Assembly: GCA_965368975.1 (NCBI GenBank)
Contig: CBDUPA010000001.1
Span: forward strand, 64,001 to 128,000
DNA: 64,000 nt
Source of the DNA: an uncultured bacterium
Lineage (GTDB): Bacteria > Acidobacteriota > Thermoanaerobaculia > Multivoradales > JAHZIX01
Direction: 5' to 3'
Below are positions 23,001-31,500 of this stretch, piece by piece. A program made the position numbers and the translations under genes. How positions within the stretch are numbered: the first letter of the stretch is position 1; each line of letters starts with the position of its first letter. Below the pieces are notes generated by a model. The model did not search any database. It was not told the DNA's origin and saw only the letters and a list, made by a program, of their open reading frames with translations.

Positions 23001-23232
23001 GCGCCTGCAACTCGGCGGCGATGGCGCGCGCCGTGCCATCGAGGTCGCCGTAGCTGGAGCTCTCCGGCAGCTCGCTGTCGGCGGCCGCCTTGTCAGGGAT
23101 CTCACCATCGGCGAGAAAGGCATACAGAGGCCGCTCCGGGTGGCGCTGAGCCCGTTCACGGGTCAGAGTCACCAGGTCTCTGGCATCCGGCGGGAGCGCC
23201 GGGAAGTCTCTGGCGCCGTCGCGGGTGGTCAT
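14029..23232 (-). CDS. NRPS: FAAL-ACP-C-A(Ser)-PCP-C*(His-less)-A(Gly)-C-terminal docking helix, with no terminal PCP or TE
   Basis: [22 protein letters not shown]; ACP GLDSL; C1 HHLVAD; A1 code ~DVWHVSLIDK; PCP GGDSI; C2 SFFDAVLDGWS; A2 code ~DIVQLGLVWK with A10 TGK; ends LESMSDEEAEALL. Start placed at ATG 23232. Confidence 0.88.
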   Translation of the reverse strand: MTTRDGARDFPALPPDARDLVTLTRERAQRHPERPLYAFLADGEIPDKAAADSELPESSSYGDLDGTARAIAAELQARGLSGQRALLLYPAGPDFVNAFFGCLYAGVVAVPAYPPQRREAGRTETLLRDSGARCILTTEGLARRLQKAIEAPADVQWLATDQIDDAAAESWHPHTPDADDLAFLQYTSGSTAQPRGVRVAHRHVLANQAMIYRAFGHDADTVVVSWLPLYHDMGLIGGMLQPLYAGGRCVLMAPVAFLRRPVRWLRAIHHFGGTTSGGPDFAYDLCRRRIPDADLEGLDLSSWRVAFNGAEPVRAGSLTAFGRRFGRCGFAQSAFLPCYGLAEATLLVSSSPADQPPVVRQFQRAALEHHQAVETTVAHTPPALTKTLVSCGTPAPGVSVRIVDPQTKEACPPGQVGEVWLAGPSVTAGYHGQPEATQRIFEARLVDNSSGKGTTSKDATSKGTTDVSSAQEAQGFLRTGDLGFLHGGELFLTSRLKDLIILRGRNHHPQDLERSAEESHFALRPSAAAAFGFDDGDGERLVLVLELEAAALREIGAVSGEARSGSSSGEPPERRLAPIRAAISQALAAEHQVTAWAILLVRHGGVPRTSSGKVQRRACRLGWLDGQLPVVAAWYGPSRIEATALPTGGETSPQETADQTRIDENGKPATRLGTPGLHRLGEEVARCLGLAQPPEPDRPLLHYGLDSLAAAELQQSLATYGLDVDLSDLLSGASLRDLAQPATQGAELQEPPHRQETSQQETSQQDAMQHESFDAASRVEEPTAAPDVGTVESPVDSTIDLPLTPGQEALFFLQQLHPRSAAYNVWVAVHIPGQIEHGALRQAFQQLLQRHSGLSMTFRAGGGPPRQRRAASDSRPPAVDVQEAAGRSLPALRAEMTDQAHRPFDLERGPLIRLHLWSGVAMPAKVEDHEAQIGDVLLLTVHHLVADFGSVALLLQELAALYADRRLPPVPGDHAAWVLRQRAWLSSADARNMAAAAVQHLRPLLPGHGERETARQQELPPPLELPSDRPRPALQSDRGERWLRQVPPDTASGLRDLARRHSATPFLVVLTAFEAWLRRTVGLSSSSTVASNTVSNSEQALLGTLYHGRDSVEDAQRVGYLVNPLVLRAALHGISGSDPFALRLARLRGELAATLRHRRYPFHQLVEQLQPRRDPSRSPLFQILVSWQHAPAGSPAGTSAFALADERVELPLAAWTARPLRLRTQTAQFDLALFLADGPGGSLLLDWQGCTDLFDTTTVLRWAGQFESWLGQLVALARDLPTHEAPIDCLQLKILLPAERQALLHEFNDTAWAGAAWAARRQLGGLVHEAIRAQAQRSPGALAVRAPGEHNVPTVELTYAQLAAHSRTLAQQLRALGAGPERLVGVCLPRSAARVVALVAVLEAGAAFLPLDPDQPARRFEALLDDAAPVCLLGDAETPALARSTPPLLRLDPEGRAQLEPQTLPGPGEASEADAPPGPVDGRQLAYVLFTSGSTGRPKGAMNSHLALANRLRWMQLAYPIGADDRVLQKTPFTFDVSVWEFFWPLMTGAQLIVAPPGVHRDPRQLARLAARERVTVVHFVPSMLRAFVDEPGVGEARSLRRIVASGEALSPSLARACLERLPSVQLENLYGPTETAIDVTAWNCSGDRQQRGGPSQNLLREVPIGRPIANLRCHVVDRVLRLQPLGIPGELALAGAGLGRGYLGAPARTAATFVPDPSLILDPTGKQGERLYRTGDLVRYRPDGALLFLGRLDHQLKIRGLRVEAGELEAALSEHPRITDAIVGLHYPSEPAHRPTDRAQAPSGAEGRRSPAATAEPNQLRHFKAGAAPRGEALPAFASHDRAPAQLVAWFTYQGEAPDAAELRAFLGERLPAMLLPSLFVPLTTLPRTQSGKVDRGQLQQLGPAAGRQSAGQLTGQPLDAGDGVSPARPPGDTYVLEDERERALAAVWSRVLGLPDIGVEDNFFELGGDSIRTLQVRGSLTERGWTVALEDLYRHQTIRALAPRLRRGDASQNEGHGAPRVLAPDPFCLISDDDRQRLPAGCVDAYPLTATQTGIVFHIQHDPGAPLYRDIFLCRLQGPLHPSQLCQSAQDLVDRHPMLRTSFDLSEYSRPLQLVHARTTVRFHEVDFSSVEDLTAAEITTWLEEQKAQPLTWREPGLVGFYLLRLAQGFAVGLSFFDAVLDGWSTARLCTEWLRRYDRLLAGNPLQLGPPPVVFREFVAREVEAVRNPHLRRWWKQQLTGVQATPLPRWRPQAGPPRVRVLSLPLPPPVHFGALVRRAQVSLKHALLAAHLAALQRLTGQRSVLTGLEANGRPALPRSEETLGMHMNILPLALTPSGSWLGLVRTAFEAERELLPSRHMPLVEIQRLLGETGLVETVFNFTHFHALDELSDLHFLRPLEAEGFDHTSFALRADFRRNPLADTLVLDLVADEARISGAQLRAIGEVYTLAVQSLLANPDADCTHSVLLSPAQSQLLLHEVQGTETAKHGPPDSSAPLLLQLIAAQATAHPEKPALDDGVEHFDYSRLWDESGRLAARLRTAGARPETLVGLCLERSARLVVATLAVLRAGAAYLPLDPQLPPRRLGALVADARPSLVLGEGPQLRRLRPELPAGGDAVPTLLDVDAPLSSAQPREPLLGPPSGDHLAYVLYTSGSTGRPKGVMVCHASVANLAASLLHQPGFDPADSVAAVTPLTFDISVVELLLPLAAGARVHVVDHETAGDGRLLSQRLRAISATVLQATPVTWRLLLDAGWTPPSRLERPGLKLLCGGEALTDDLAERLTRTTTSTTSHAAAKQRSNSASTSAPRLWNLYGPTETTVWSSLQRVRGGQLPVPLGQPLRGTRLYVLDTQRGPAAPLLPLAAEGELYIGGEGLARGYLGRPARTAGSFVPDPFSDHPGGRLYRTGDRVRRRPDSSLEFLGRIDYQLKLHGHRVEPGEIENALEAHAAVRQAVVIVPEGGAHRRLVAYLLTDPDRSLETSELRQFLSKRLPRYMVPSQLVWLDEFPLTSTGKVNRRQLQGRTPPKPGAPDPGRLQALLARLESMSDEEAEALLSGGDGLEMLLQD

Positions 23233-23881
23233 GCTTTCTCTCGGGCTCTCCTGCTCTGTTGCTCTCCTCGGGATCTCGGCTGGCAACGAAAGGACGCTGG
23301 CGGGACCGGATGGAAAGTCAGCGTAGGCTGCACGCCTGACCTTGTCAACCTCAGATCAATCTTCAGTCGCACAAGAAAGGACGGGCAGAGATGAATTGCT
23401 ATCTTGTAACATTCAAATTTGGAAATGTGTCTAACATTGGCGATTGTGCATGGTTTGGCCAAGTTTTTTGTCCCGCTTCGAGAACACATCCACACCTTCA
23501 TAAACAAAGGGCTAGTCATAGAATGCCGCTGGTTGCGGTGGGACGCCGAGGTGTCGAGCTAGCCCGGAGTTCGCGAGAACTCTTCCCTTTCATTCGCCGG
23601 CGAGATCGGGCGCGATCCGCTGAAGCCGGAGACTCAACTGATTCCGAGGGATGGGCAGGAAGGTGGGCCCCCTTGTGGTGGACACTGATCAAATTCGTGC
23701 GTCAAAACAACTGGATCGCCAAAGTCGCCGCAGCTCGCACTCAGCCCGGAGTGTGGCGTACTGGAATGCCCCGCACTGGAATGCCCCGTACTGGAATACA
23801 CTGTCTCGGGATACTCCGTATAGGAACGCTTCGTCGAGGTCTGCCCCAGGTGGGGCGGACTCTGGTCGTGGGAGGTGGGTC
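23233..23881. promoter_or_regulatory. Divergent intergenic/promoter region of the NRPS-PKS cluster
   Basis: ~650 bp between head-to-head genes, with an AT-rich core at ~23390-23520 and a GGAGG RBS before ATG 23882. Confidence 0.55.
23757..23801. repeat. 15-nt tandem repeat (3 copies, followed by degenerate copies)
   Basis: CGTACTGGAATGCCC CGCACTGGAATGCCC CGTACTGGAATACAC. Confidence 0.8.
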
Positions 23882-25372
23882 ATGGCTGCATTGAGTACAG
23901 GTCAGGGTGTCGCCGGGCAAGCCGGTGCCGACCGCATCGAGGACATTTACGGTCTTTCGCCGTTGCAGCAGGGGATGCTCTTCCATATCCTGTCGGCTCC
24001 GGGGTCGCGGCTGTACCTGGACCAGACCCTGTGCACCCTCGACGGCGCGCTCGATGTCGACGCCTTCCAGCGCGCCTGGCAGACGGTGATCGACCGCCAC
24101 CCCGGCTTGCGGACCGCCTTCATGTGGGAAGGTCTGAGCAAGCCCGTGCAGGTGGTGTACCGTGAAGTGCCACTGCCTATCGAGCAGGCTGATTGGCGGC
24201 ACCTGAGCCCGAAGGCACAGGCGTCGCAGCTGCAGTCGTTCCTGGCCGAGGATCGCCGCCAGGCCTACGACCTGACCCGGCCGCCGCTGACCCGCCTGTA
24301 CCTGATCCGCATGAGCGACGACAGCTACCAGCTGGTCTGGTCGGTGTCGCACCTGGTGGTCGATGCGTGGTGCTCGTCGATCGTGCTGGACGAGGTGGTG
24401 CGTTTGTACGAAGCCTACCGCCAGGGCAGCCTGCCGGTGTTGCCGGCGGTGCACCCGTACCGGGATTACATTGCCTGGCTGCGGCGGCAGGAGCTGGCGC
24501 GCGCCGAGAGTTTCTGGAGCGACTACCTGCACGGCTTCAACGTGCCGACCGGGCTCAGTCTCGAAGATCCCAGTGGCACCTGGCCGGGGACCGCATCGGG
24601 CTTCCGCCAGGAGGATGCCACGTTGCCGGAACTCGATGTCGTGGCTCTGCGTAGCCGTGCCCGCGACCTGCAGGTGACGCTCAACACGCTGGTGCAGGCT
24701 GCCTGGTCGCTGGTGCTGGCGCACCGCACCGACCAGGCGGACGTCGTGTTCGGTACCGCGGTCAGCGGCCGGCCGCCGAGCTTGCCGGGGGTCGAGTCGA
24801 TCGTCGGCTTGTTCATCAACACCTTGCCGCACCGGGTCGGACTGCAGCAGGACGCGACGCTCGGTCCCTGGCTGCAGCAGGTGCAAGCGCGGCAAGTCGA
24901 GATTCGCCAGTACGAGCACACGCCGTTGGCCAAGATCCAGGGTTGGAGCGAGATTCCCGCCGGCTTGCCGCTGTTCGAGAGCTTGGTCGTGTTCCTCAAT
25001 ATCGTCGATCTCGAGCGCCAGGACACAGGCAGTCTCGACCTGCGCAATCTGCGCTACGTCGGCCGCCCACACTATCCGCTGACCCTGCAGGTGACACCGG
25101 GACGGCGCGAGTTGCGGTTGGAGGCGGTCTATGATGTGGCGCGCTTCCGGCAGATGACGGTGCTCGAAGTGCTGGGCCAGCTCAAAGCGGTGCTCGGCGT
25201 GCTCGCGATGCGACCGCATGCGACGACGACGATCAGCGATGTGCTCTCGCTCCTGGCGCGGTCGGATCGGGACCGTCAACTGCAGGAGACGCGGCGGCGG
25301 CGTGATTCCAATACCGGCAAGTTGCGTTTGACCAAGGCCATCAAGGTCAAGCTGCCTCCTTCCCGTTCCTGA
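23882..25372 (+). CDS. Stand-alone condensation domain protein (DCL-like)
   Basis: IEDIYGLSPLQQGMLFH, active-site variant SHLVVDAW, VSGRP and GLFINTLP. Basic C-terminal tail. No A or PCP domain. Confidence 0.88.
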   Translation: MAALSTGQGVAGQAGADRIEDIYGLSPLQQGMLFHILSAPGSRLYLDQTLCTLDGALDVDAFQRAWQTVIDRHPGLRTAFMWEGLSKPVQVVYREVPLPIEQADWRHLSPKAQASQLQSFLAEDRRQAYDLTRPPLTRLYLIRMSDDSYQLVWSVSHLVVDAWCSSIVLDEVVRLYEAYRQGSLPVLPAVHPYRDYIAWLRRQELARAESFWSDYLHGFNVPTGLSLEDPSGTWPGTASGFRQEDATLPELDVVALRSRARDLQVTLNTLVQAAWSLVLAHRTDQADVVFGTAVSGRPPSLPGVESIVGLFINTLPHRVGLQQDATLGPWLQQVQARQVEIRQYEHTPLAKIQGWSEIPAGLPLFESLVVFLNIVDLERQDTGSLDLRNLRYVGRPHYPLTLQVTPGRRELRLEAVYDVARFRQMTVLEVLGQLKAVLGVLAMRPHATTTISDVLSLLARSDRDRQLQETRRRRDSNTGKLRLTKAIKVKLPPSRS

Positions 25373-25595
25373 TTGATTCGAAAATGCAGGCCCGTGCTAC
25401 GTGCTTCTGCCGGCGTCCCGCGCCGCGACGGGGGACGTGTGCTGAAGTTGCGGCCGTACCTGGAGAAACGAGGCGAGAGAGGTGATCTGGAGCGATCCAT
25501 CCAACCAAGATCTGAGACGGGAATCGTCGGCCCAGGCTGGCGATCGATCGCTAGAGCAGGGTTGGGATCACCTGGGTGAGGTGGAACGAGAGATA

Positions 25596-28500
25596 ATGGA
25601 CGTCATGGGGCAGGGGAACGAGGTCGAGATCGAAGGCTTCCGGCTGTCCCCGCAGCAGGAGCAGGTCTGGCGACTACAGCGCGGAGGAAGCCTGGCACAC
25701 CAGGCTTGGCTCGGAGTGCGTCTTCTCGGCGACCTTGATCTCGACGTGCTCGAAGCCGCCCTGGTCGAAGTGACCCAGCGGCACGAGAGCTTGCGCTCGA
25801 GCTTCCTCGAGATACCGCACCTGCCGTTTCCGCTGCAAGTGGTGCACGAAGAGGCGCCGCAACGCTGGCGTCTGCTCGACCTGTCGCTGGTCGATCGCTA
25901 CCAGCAGGATCTGGAGGTCGAGGCCCTGCTGGAGCAGGAGACCACCCGTTCCTGGCGACTTGTCTCCCGCCAGCTGATGCGGATCACCCTGGTGCGTCTG
26001 GGTATTGCCGAGCACCTGCTGCTGCTGCACCTGCCGGCCCTGTGTGCGGACTATCACACGCTGGAGACCCTGATGGCCGAGCTGGCGACCTGCTACCAGC
26101 CGCACGAAGAAGTCGCCGCCTACGCACGCCCAATGCCCTACACGCAGTTCGCCGAGTGGCAGAAGCAGCTACTGGAACTCGACGAGGCGTCCGAAGAGCG
26201 TCAGTTCTGGGCGCAGAAGGACCTGGAGGGCTTCGGTTCGCTGCGCCTGCCGTTCGAGCACCGGCGACCGCTCGAGGCTCCCTTCTTGCCGCGCCACCTG
26301 CGCTGGGCGCTGTCGCCCACCACGCTCTACGAGATCGGTGCGTTCCTGGGGGCCGACAGTCACGCAACCGGGGCCTTTGCCTTCAGCACCTGGTTGATCC
26401 TGCTCGGCCGGCTGTGTGACCAGTCACGCGTCGGCGTCGCCTACCGCTCGAACGGACGTGCCTACGAGGATCTCGAGCAGACGCTCGGCTTGTTCGAGAA
26501 GTATCTGCCGGTGCAGGAGCAACTGCACGATGAACGCTCCTTCCTCGACCTGCTGCACCAGGTGCAGGCCACGTTGCAGGAGGTCGAAGACTGGCAGGAG
26601 TACTTCGAGTGGTCGCAGGTGTTCGACCAGGATCTGGCGCCCTTCTGCTTCGAGCTGCGGCATTGGCCGCGCAAGCTGGAGAGTGCCGACATCGAGTTCG
26701 AGGCCGCACGGCTGTATGCCTGCAGCCACCGCTTCAAGCTCAAGCTGAGTTGTGTCGTCAGCCACGATGGGCTCAGCTTCGAGCTGCACTACGACCCGGA
26801 AGTCTACCGTCGGCGCGACATCCAGCGACTGGCTGACGAGTACGAGACCCTGCTGCGCAGCGCCGGCTCCGATCCTGGGCGGCCGCTGCGCCAGCTCGAA
26901 CTGCTCAGTCAGGGGGAGCGCCAGGCACTGCTACGCGAGTTCACCGGCAAGGACGCCGCCGGCTATGCCCGCCGGCCGCTGCACGAGTGGATCCAGGAGA
27001 CCGTGCACCAATACCCCGAGCGCACGGCCGTGGTGTGCGGACACTATGCTGTCAGCTTCCGCGAGCTGGAGCAGCGCGCCAACCGCCTGGCGCACCTGTT
27101 GCAACACCTGGGGGCTGGTCCGGAGGTGCTGGTTGGCATCTCGATGGAGCGCTCGGCCGAGCTTGTGGTCGGTCTACTGGCGATCCTCAAGGCGGGGGCC
27201 GTGTACGTGCCGCTGGACCCGGAGTATCCGCGCCAGCGCCTCGAGTTCATGCTGCAGGACAGTCGAGTGCCGATCCTGCTGACGCAGGAACGGCTCGCCG
27301 TCAGTCTGCCGAGCCGCCGCACGACGCTGGTCCTGGTCGGCACCGATGGCACGGCCCAGGCGCTCGACCGTCGCAGCGAGGATGGCCTGGTGCCAGTGCC
27401 GCCGCCCGACCCGGGTGACGAGCAGGCGCCCGACGTCGATCTACGGGGCGATGCTGGAGCCTACGCGATCTACACCTCGGGCTCGACCGGCCAGCCGAAA
27501 GCAGCGCTGATCAGCCATGGCGCCATCGTCAATCGTCTGCAGTGGATGCAGGAGGCCTTCCACCTGGACGTTGACGACACGGTGATTCAGAAGACACCGT
27601 TCAGCTTCGACGTCTCCGTATGGGAGTTCTTCTGGCCGCTGATGACCGGCGCGCGCTTGGTGCTGGCCCGGCCCGGCGGCCACCGGGATGCTGCCTACCT
27701 GGTGCGGCTGGTACGTCGGCAGGCGGTGTCCGTCGTCCACTTCGTGCCGTCGATGCTGCAGTTCTTCGTCGGTGAAGCGGGCGTCGCCCACTGCGACACG
27801 CTACGGCTGGTCGTGTGCAGTGGTGAGCCCTTGCCGCCGGACCTGGAACAGCGCACCCTGCAGAGCCTGCAGGCCGACCTGTACAACCTCTACGGCCCCA
27901 CCGAGGCGGCGGTCGACGTCACCTCCTGGCGTTGTGTCGGCGAAGACGGCGAGGGCGACTCGGTGCCCATCGGCCGTCCGATCACCAATATCCGTATTCT
28001 GCTGCTGGACGAGGAATTGCAGCCGGTACCGGTGGGCGTGCCGGGCGAGCTGTACATCGCCGGCGCCGGCCTCGGTCGTGGCTATCTGGGCCGGCCGGCC
28101 CTGACCGCCCAGGCTTTCGTGCCCGACCCTTTCAGCACCAGCCTGGGGGACCGCATGTACCGCACGGGCGACCTGGCCCGTGGTCGCTCGGACGGCGCCA
28201 TCGACTTTCTCGGCCGCACCGACGCGCAGGTCAAGATCCGTGGCTTCCGGGTCGAGCCGGGCGAGATCGAGGCCGTGCTGTCGTTGCACGAGGGGCTGCG
28301 CCAGTGCGCCGTGGTGCCGCGCGAAGACCTGCCCGGGGATCTGCGGCTGGTGGCCTACTATGTGCCCTCGGACTCACCCTCCGCCGCGTCGATGCCCGGC
28401 GAAGCAGGCTCGGAGCCGGTGACGCCGCAGAGTCTGCGTGCCTGGCTCAGCCGTCAGGTGCCCGAGTACCTGGTTCCGGCCGCCTTTGTGCCGTTGCCGC

Positions 28501-31500
28501 AGTTGCCGCTCACACCCAGCGGCAAGCTCGACCGCAAGAGCCTGCCGGCGCCGGAGCGTGCCTTGGGACGCAGCGCCGCACCACCGCGCGACGCCACCGA
28601 AGAGCTGATGGTGGAAGTGTGGTGCAAGGTCTTGGGCCTGGACACGGTCGGCATCCACGACGATTTCCTGGAACTGGGCGGCGACTCCATCCTGTCGCTG
28701 CAAATCGTTGCCGCGGCCAATCAGGCCGGTCTGTCGCTGGTTCCCGCCCATCTCTTTCAGCATCGCACCATCGCCACCTTGGCCGAAGTTGCCGGTAGCG
28801 CGGCCATCGTCCAGGCCGAGCAGGAGCCGGTGGCAGGGCCGGTGCCGCTGACGCCGATCCAGCGCTGGTTCTTCGAGCGCCATACGCGGCGGCCCGAACA
28901 CTGGAACCAGAGCCTGCAACTGGTGCCCCGACATCGTCTCGAGAGCGTCCTGCTGTCCGCCGCGGTCAGTCGCCTGGAAGTACTCCATGATGCCCTGCGC
29001 CTGCGCTTCGAGCACGACAGCCACGGCTGGCACCAGCGCTGCCTGACGCTCGATGAAGCGGCGGCCGAAGGGGATCGCGTGCTGGCTGTTGACCTGAGCA
29101 CCCTGCCCCCCGCCGATCGTCCGGCTGCTCTTGCCGCCACCGCCGCACGGCTACAGGCGTCGCTGGCCCTGGGCGGTGGTCCGCTGCTGCGCTTGGCGCT
29201 GATCGAACTGGGCCAGCCAGACGGTGTCGATGCAGAGGCCGTTCATCCAGAGGGTGCCCATCCAGAGGGTGCCGACCCAGAGGGCCTGTACGGGCAGCGT
29301 CTGCTGATCATCCTGCACCACCTGGTGGTCGACGGCTTGTCCTGGCGCGTGCTGCTGTCGGACCTGGAGCAGCTCTACGCCGCACTCGAAGCTGGTGAGA
29401 CACCGCAGATGCCGGCCAAGACAGCCTCCTACCGGCAGTGGTCCGAGGCGCTGGCGCTACGCGCCCAAGAGCCGTCCGTGGCTGGCGAGCTGGAGTACTG
29501 GCTGGCCCTGCCCTGGGACGATATCGTGCCCCTGCCGCTGGACGCGTTTGTCGACGGTGAGTTGCTGGCCACCGGGCCCGCCGACGTCGAGGAGCTGGCG
29601 CAGTGCAACACGGTGGAGTCCGCCGAGACGCTGATTCTCGAGTTCTCGGCCGAGGACACGCACTCCCTGCTCACCGCCGTGCCGCGCGCCTACCGTACCG
29701 AGATCGACGATGTGCTGATCACCGCGCTGGCGAGGACGCTGTCGCGCTGGACCGGCTCGACCTCGCTGCTCTTCGACCACGAGGGGCACGGCCGCGGCGC
29801 CCTCGGCGACGCGCTCGACGTGTCGCGCACTGTTGGCTGGTTCACCTCGCTCTTCCCGGTGGTGCTCGACTTTGCGCAGGGGAGTGATCCAGGCGCTGCG
29901 CTGGTGTCGGTCAAGGAACAGCTACGGCGGCTGCCGGAAGGCGGCAGCGGCTACGGCATGCTGCGCTACCTGGACAGTCAGGGCGATGCGGCGCTACGAC
30001 TGCGTCAGCTGCCGGCGGCGCAGGTCCTGTTCAACTATCTCGGCCAGGTCGACCGCGGGCGCGACGAGGACAGCCAGTGGCAGCCCCTGCTCGCCGATAC
30101 CCTGACTCTCGGCGAGCGCGCCCCGGAAGGTCGTCGCAGCCATCCGCTGGAGGTCGATGCCTTGGTCCGAGAGGGCCGCCTGCGTGTGCGCTGGACCTAC
30201 AGCAAGAACTTGCACCGGCCCGAGACCATCGCCCGAGTGGCCGAGTTCTTCGACACCGCCCTGACGTCGCTGATCCGCCACTGCCTGGAGCCCGAGCGCG
30301 GCGGCTACACGGCTTCCGACTTCGCTGCCGCCGACCTGCCGGCGCCGCAGCTGGATGCGCTGCTGGCCGAGCTCGGCGGTGGTGCGGTGGTCGAGGACAT
30401 CTACCCACTGGCGACCTCGCAGGAGGGCATGCTGGTCTACTTGCTGCTGCAGGGTGAGCACACCGAGGTGTTCACCAACCAGCTGCACTGCCGGCTCTCC
30501 GGCCCACTCGACCTGGCGGCCTTCCAGCGCGCCTGGCAGCAGACCGTCGACCGGCACGCGGCGCTCCGCACGTTGTTCCGTTGGGAAGGACTCGAGCATC
30601 CGATCCAGGTAGTGCGCGACCGCGCCGAGCCGGAGTGGCAAATCGAGGACTGGCGGCAGGTACCGCCGGCTGAGCAGCGATACCGGCTGGACCGTTTCCT
30701 GGAGGACGACCGCGCGCGCTCCTTCGACCTGCGGCGGGCACCGCTGCTGCGTCTGACCCTGTTGCACACCGGTGAGCAGGTGTACCATTTCGTCTGGACC
30801 TACCACCATCTGGTGCTCGATGGCTGGTCGCTGTCGATGCTGCTCAAGGAGGTCTTCGAGCTCTACCGGGCGGCGTCGATCGGTCGCCAGGCACAGTTGC
30901 TGGCGGCGCAGCCCTACGGTGACTATGTGCGCCATGTGCGTGGCCAAGATCCGGCCGCGGAGGAGGCCTTTTGGCGCCAGGCGCTGGCTGGCTTGCAGGC
31001 ACCGCCGCCGCTGCGCATCGAGCGCCACGGGAGCGCTCTGCCGGAGGGCGAGCGCGAGCACGGTAGTGCCGATGTGCAGCTGTCCGAGGAAGCTACCAGC
31101 GCACTGCAGGCGGCGGCACGGCGCCAGCGCCTGACGCTCAACACTTTGTTCCAGGGTGCCTGGGCCCTGCTACTGCATCGCTACAGCGGCAGTCGCGACG
31201 TGGTTTTCGGTGCCGTCGTTTCGGGGCGCCAGATCGGCTTCCAGTCGGTGGTCGGTCTGTTCATCAATGCGCTGCCGGTGCGCCTGCATGTCGACCCCGA
31301 GATGCAACTCGCACCGTGGCTCGAAGAACTGCAGTCGCAGCAAGTGGAGCAGCGCGACTTCGAGCATGTGCCGCTAGAGCAGATCCAACGCTGGAGCGGG
31401 CTGCCGCGCGACACCGCACTGTTCGACAGCCTGGTGGTGTTCGAGAACTATCCCGTCGACGATTCGTTGCAGGAGGGGGCCGGCGACCCAGGGGCTGGCC

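Noticed and set aside
23651-23881. In-frame upstream extension with YWNAP-HWNAP-YWNT repeats (possible RiPP-like precursor) and overlapping ORF 23391-23894
   Set aside because: Explained by a 15-nt DNA duplication like many others in the window. The RBS supports ATG 23882, and no RiPP maturase is nearby.
25373-25595. Possible small PCP/MbtH/TauD gene between the C-domain gene and the NRPS
   Set aside because: The 68-aa ORF has no GxxS carrier or MbtH (W-rich) motif, and the gap is far too short for TauD.
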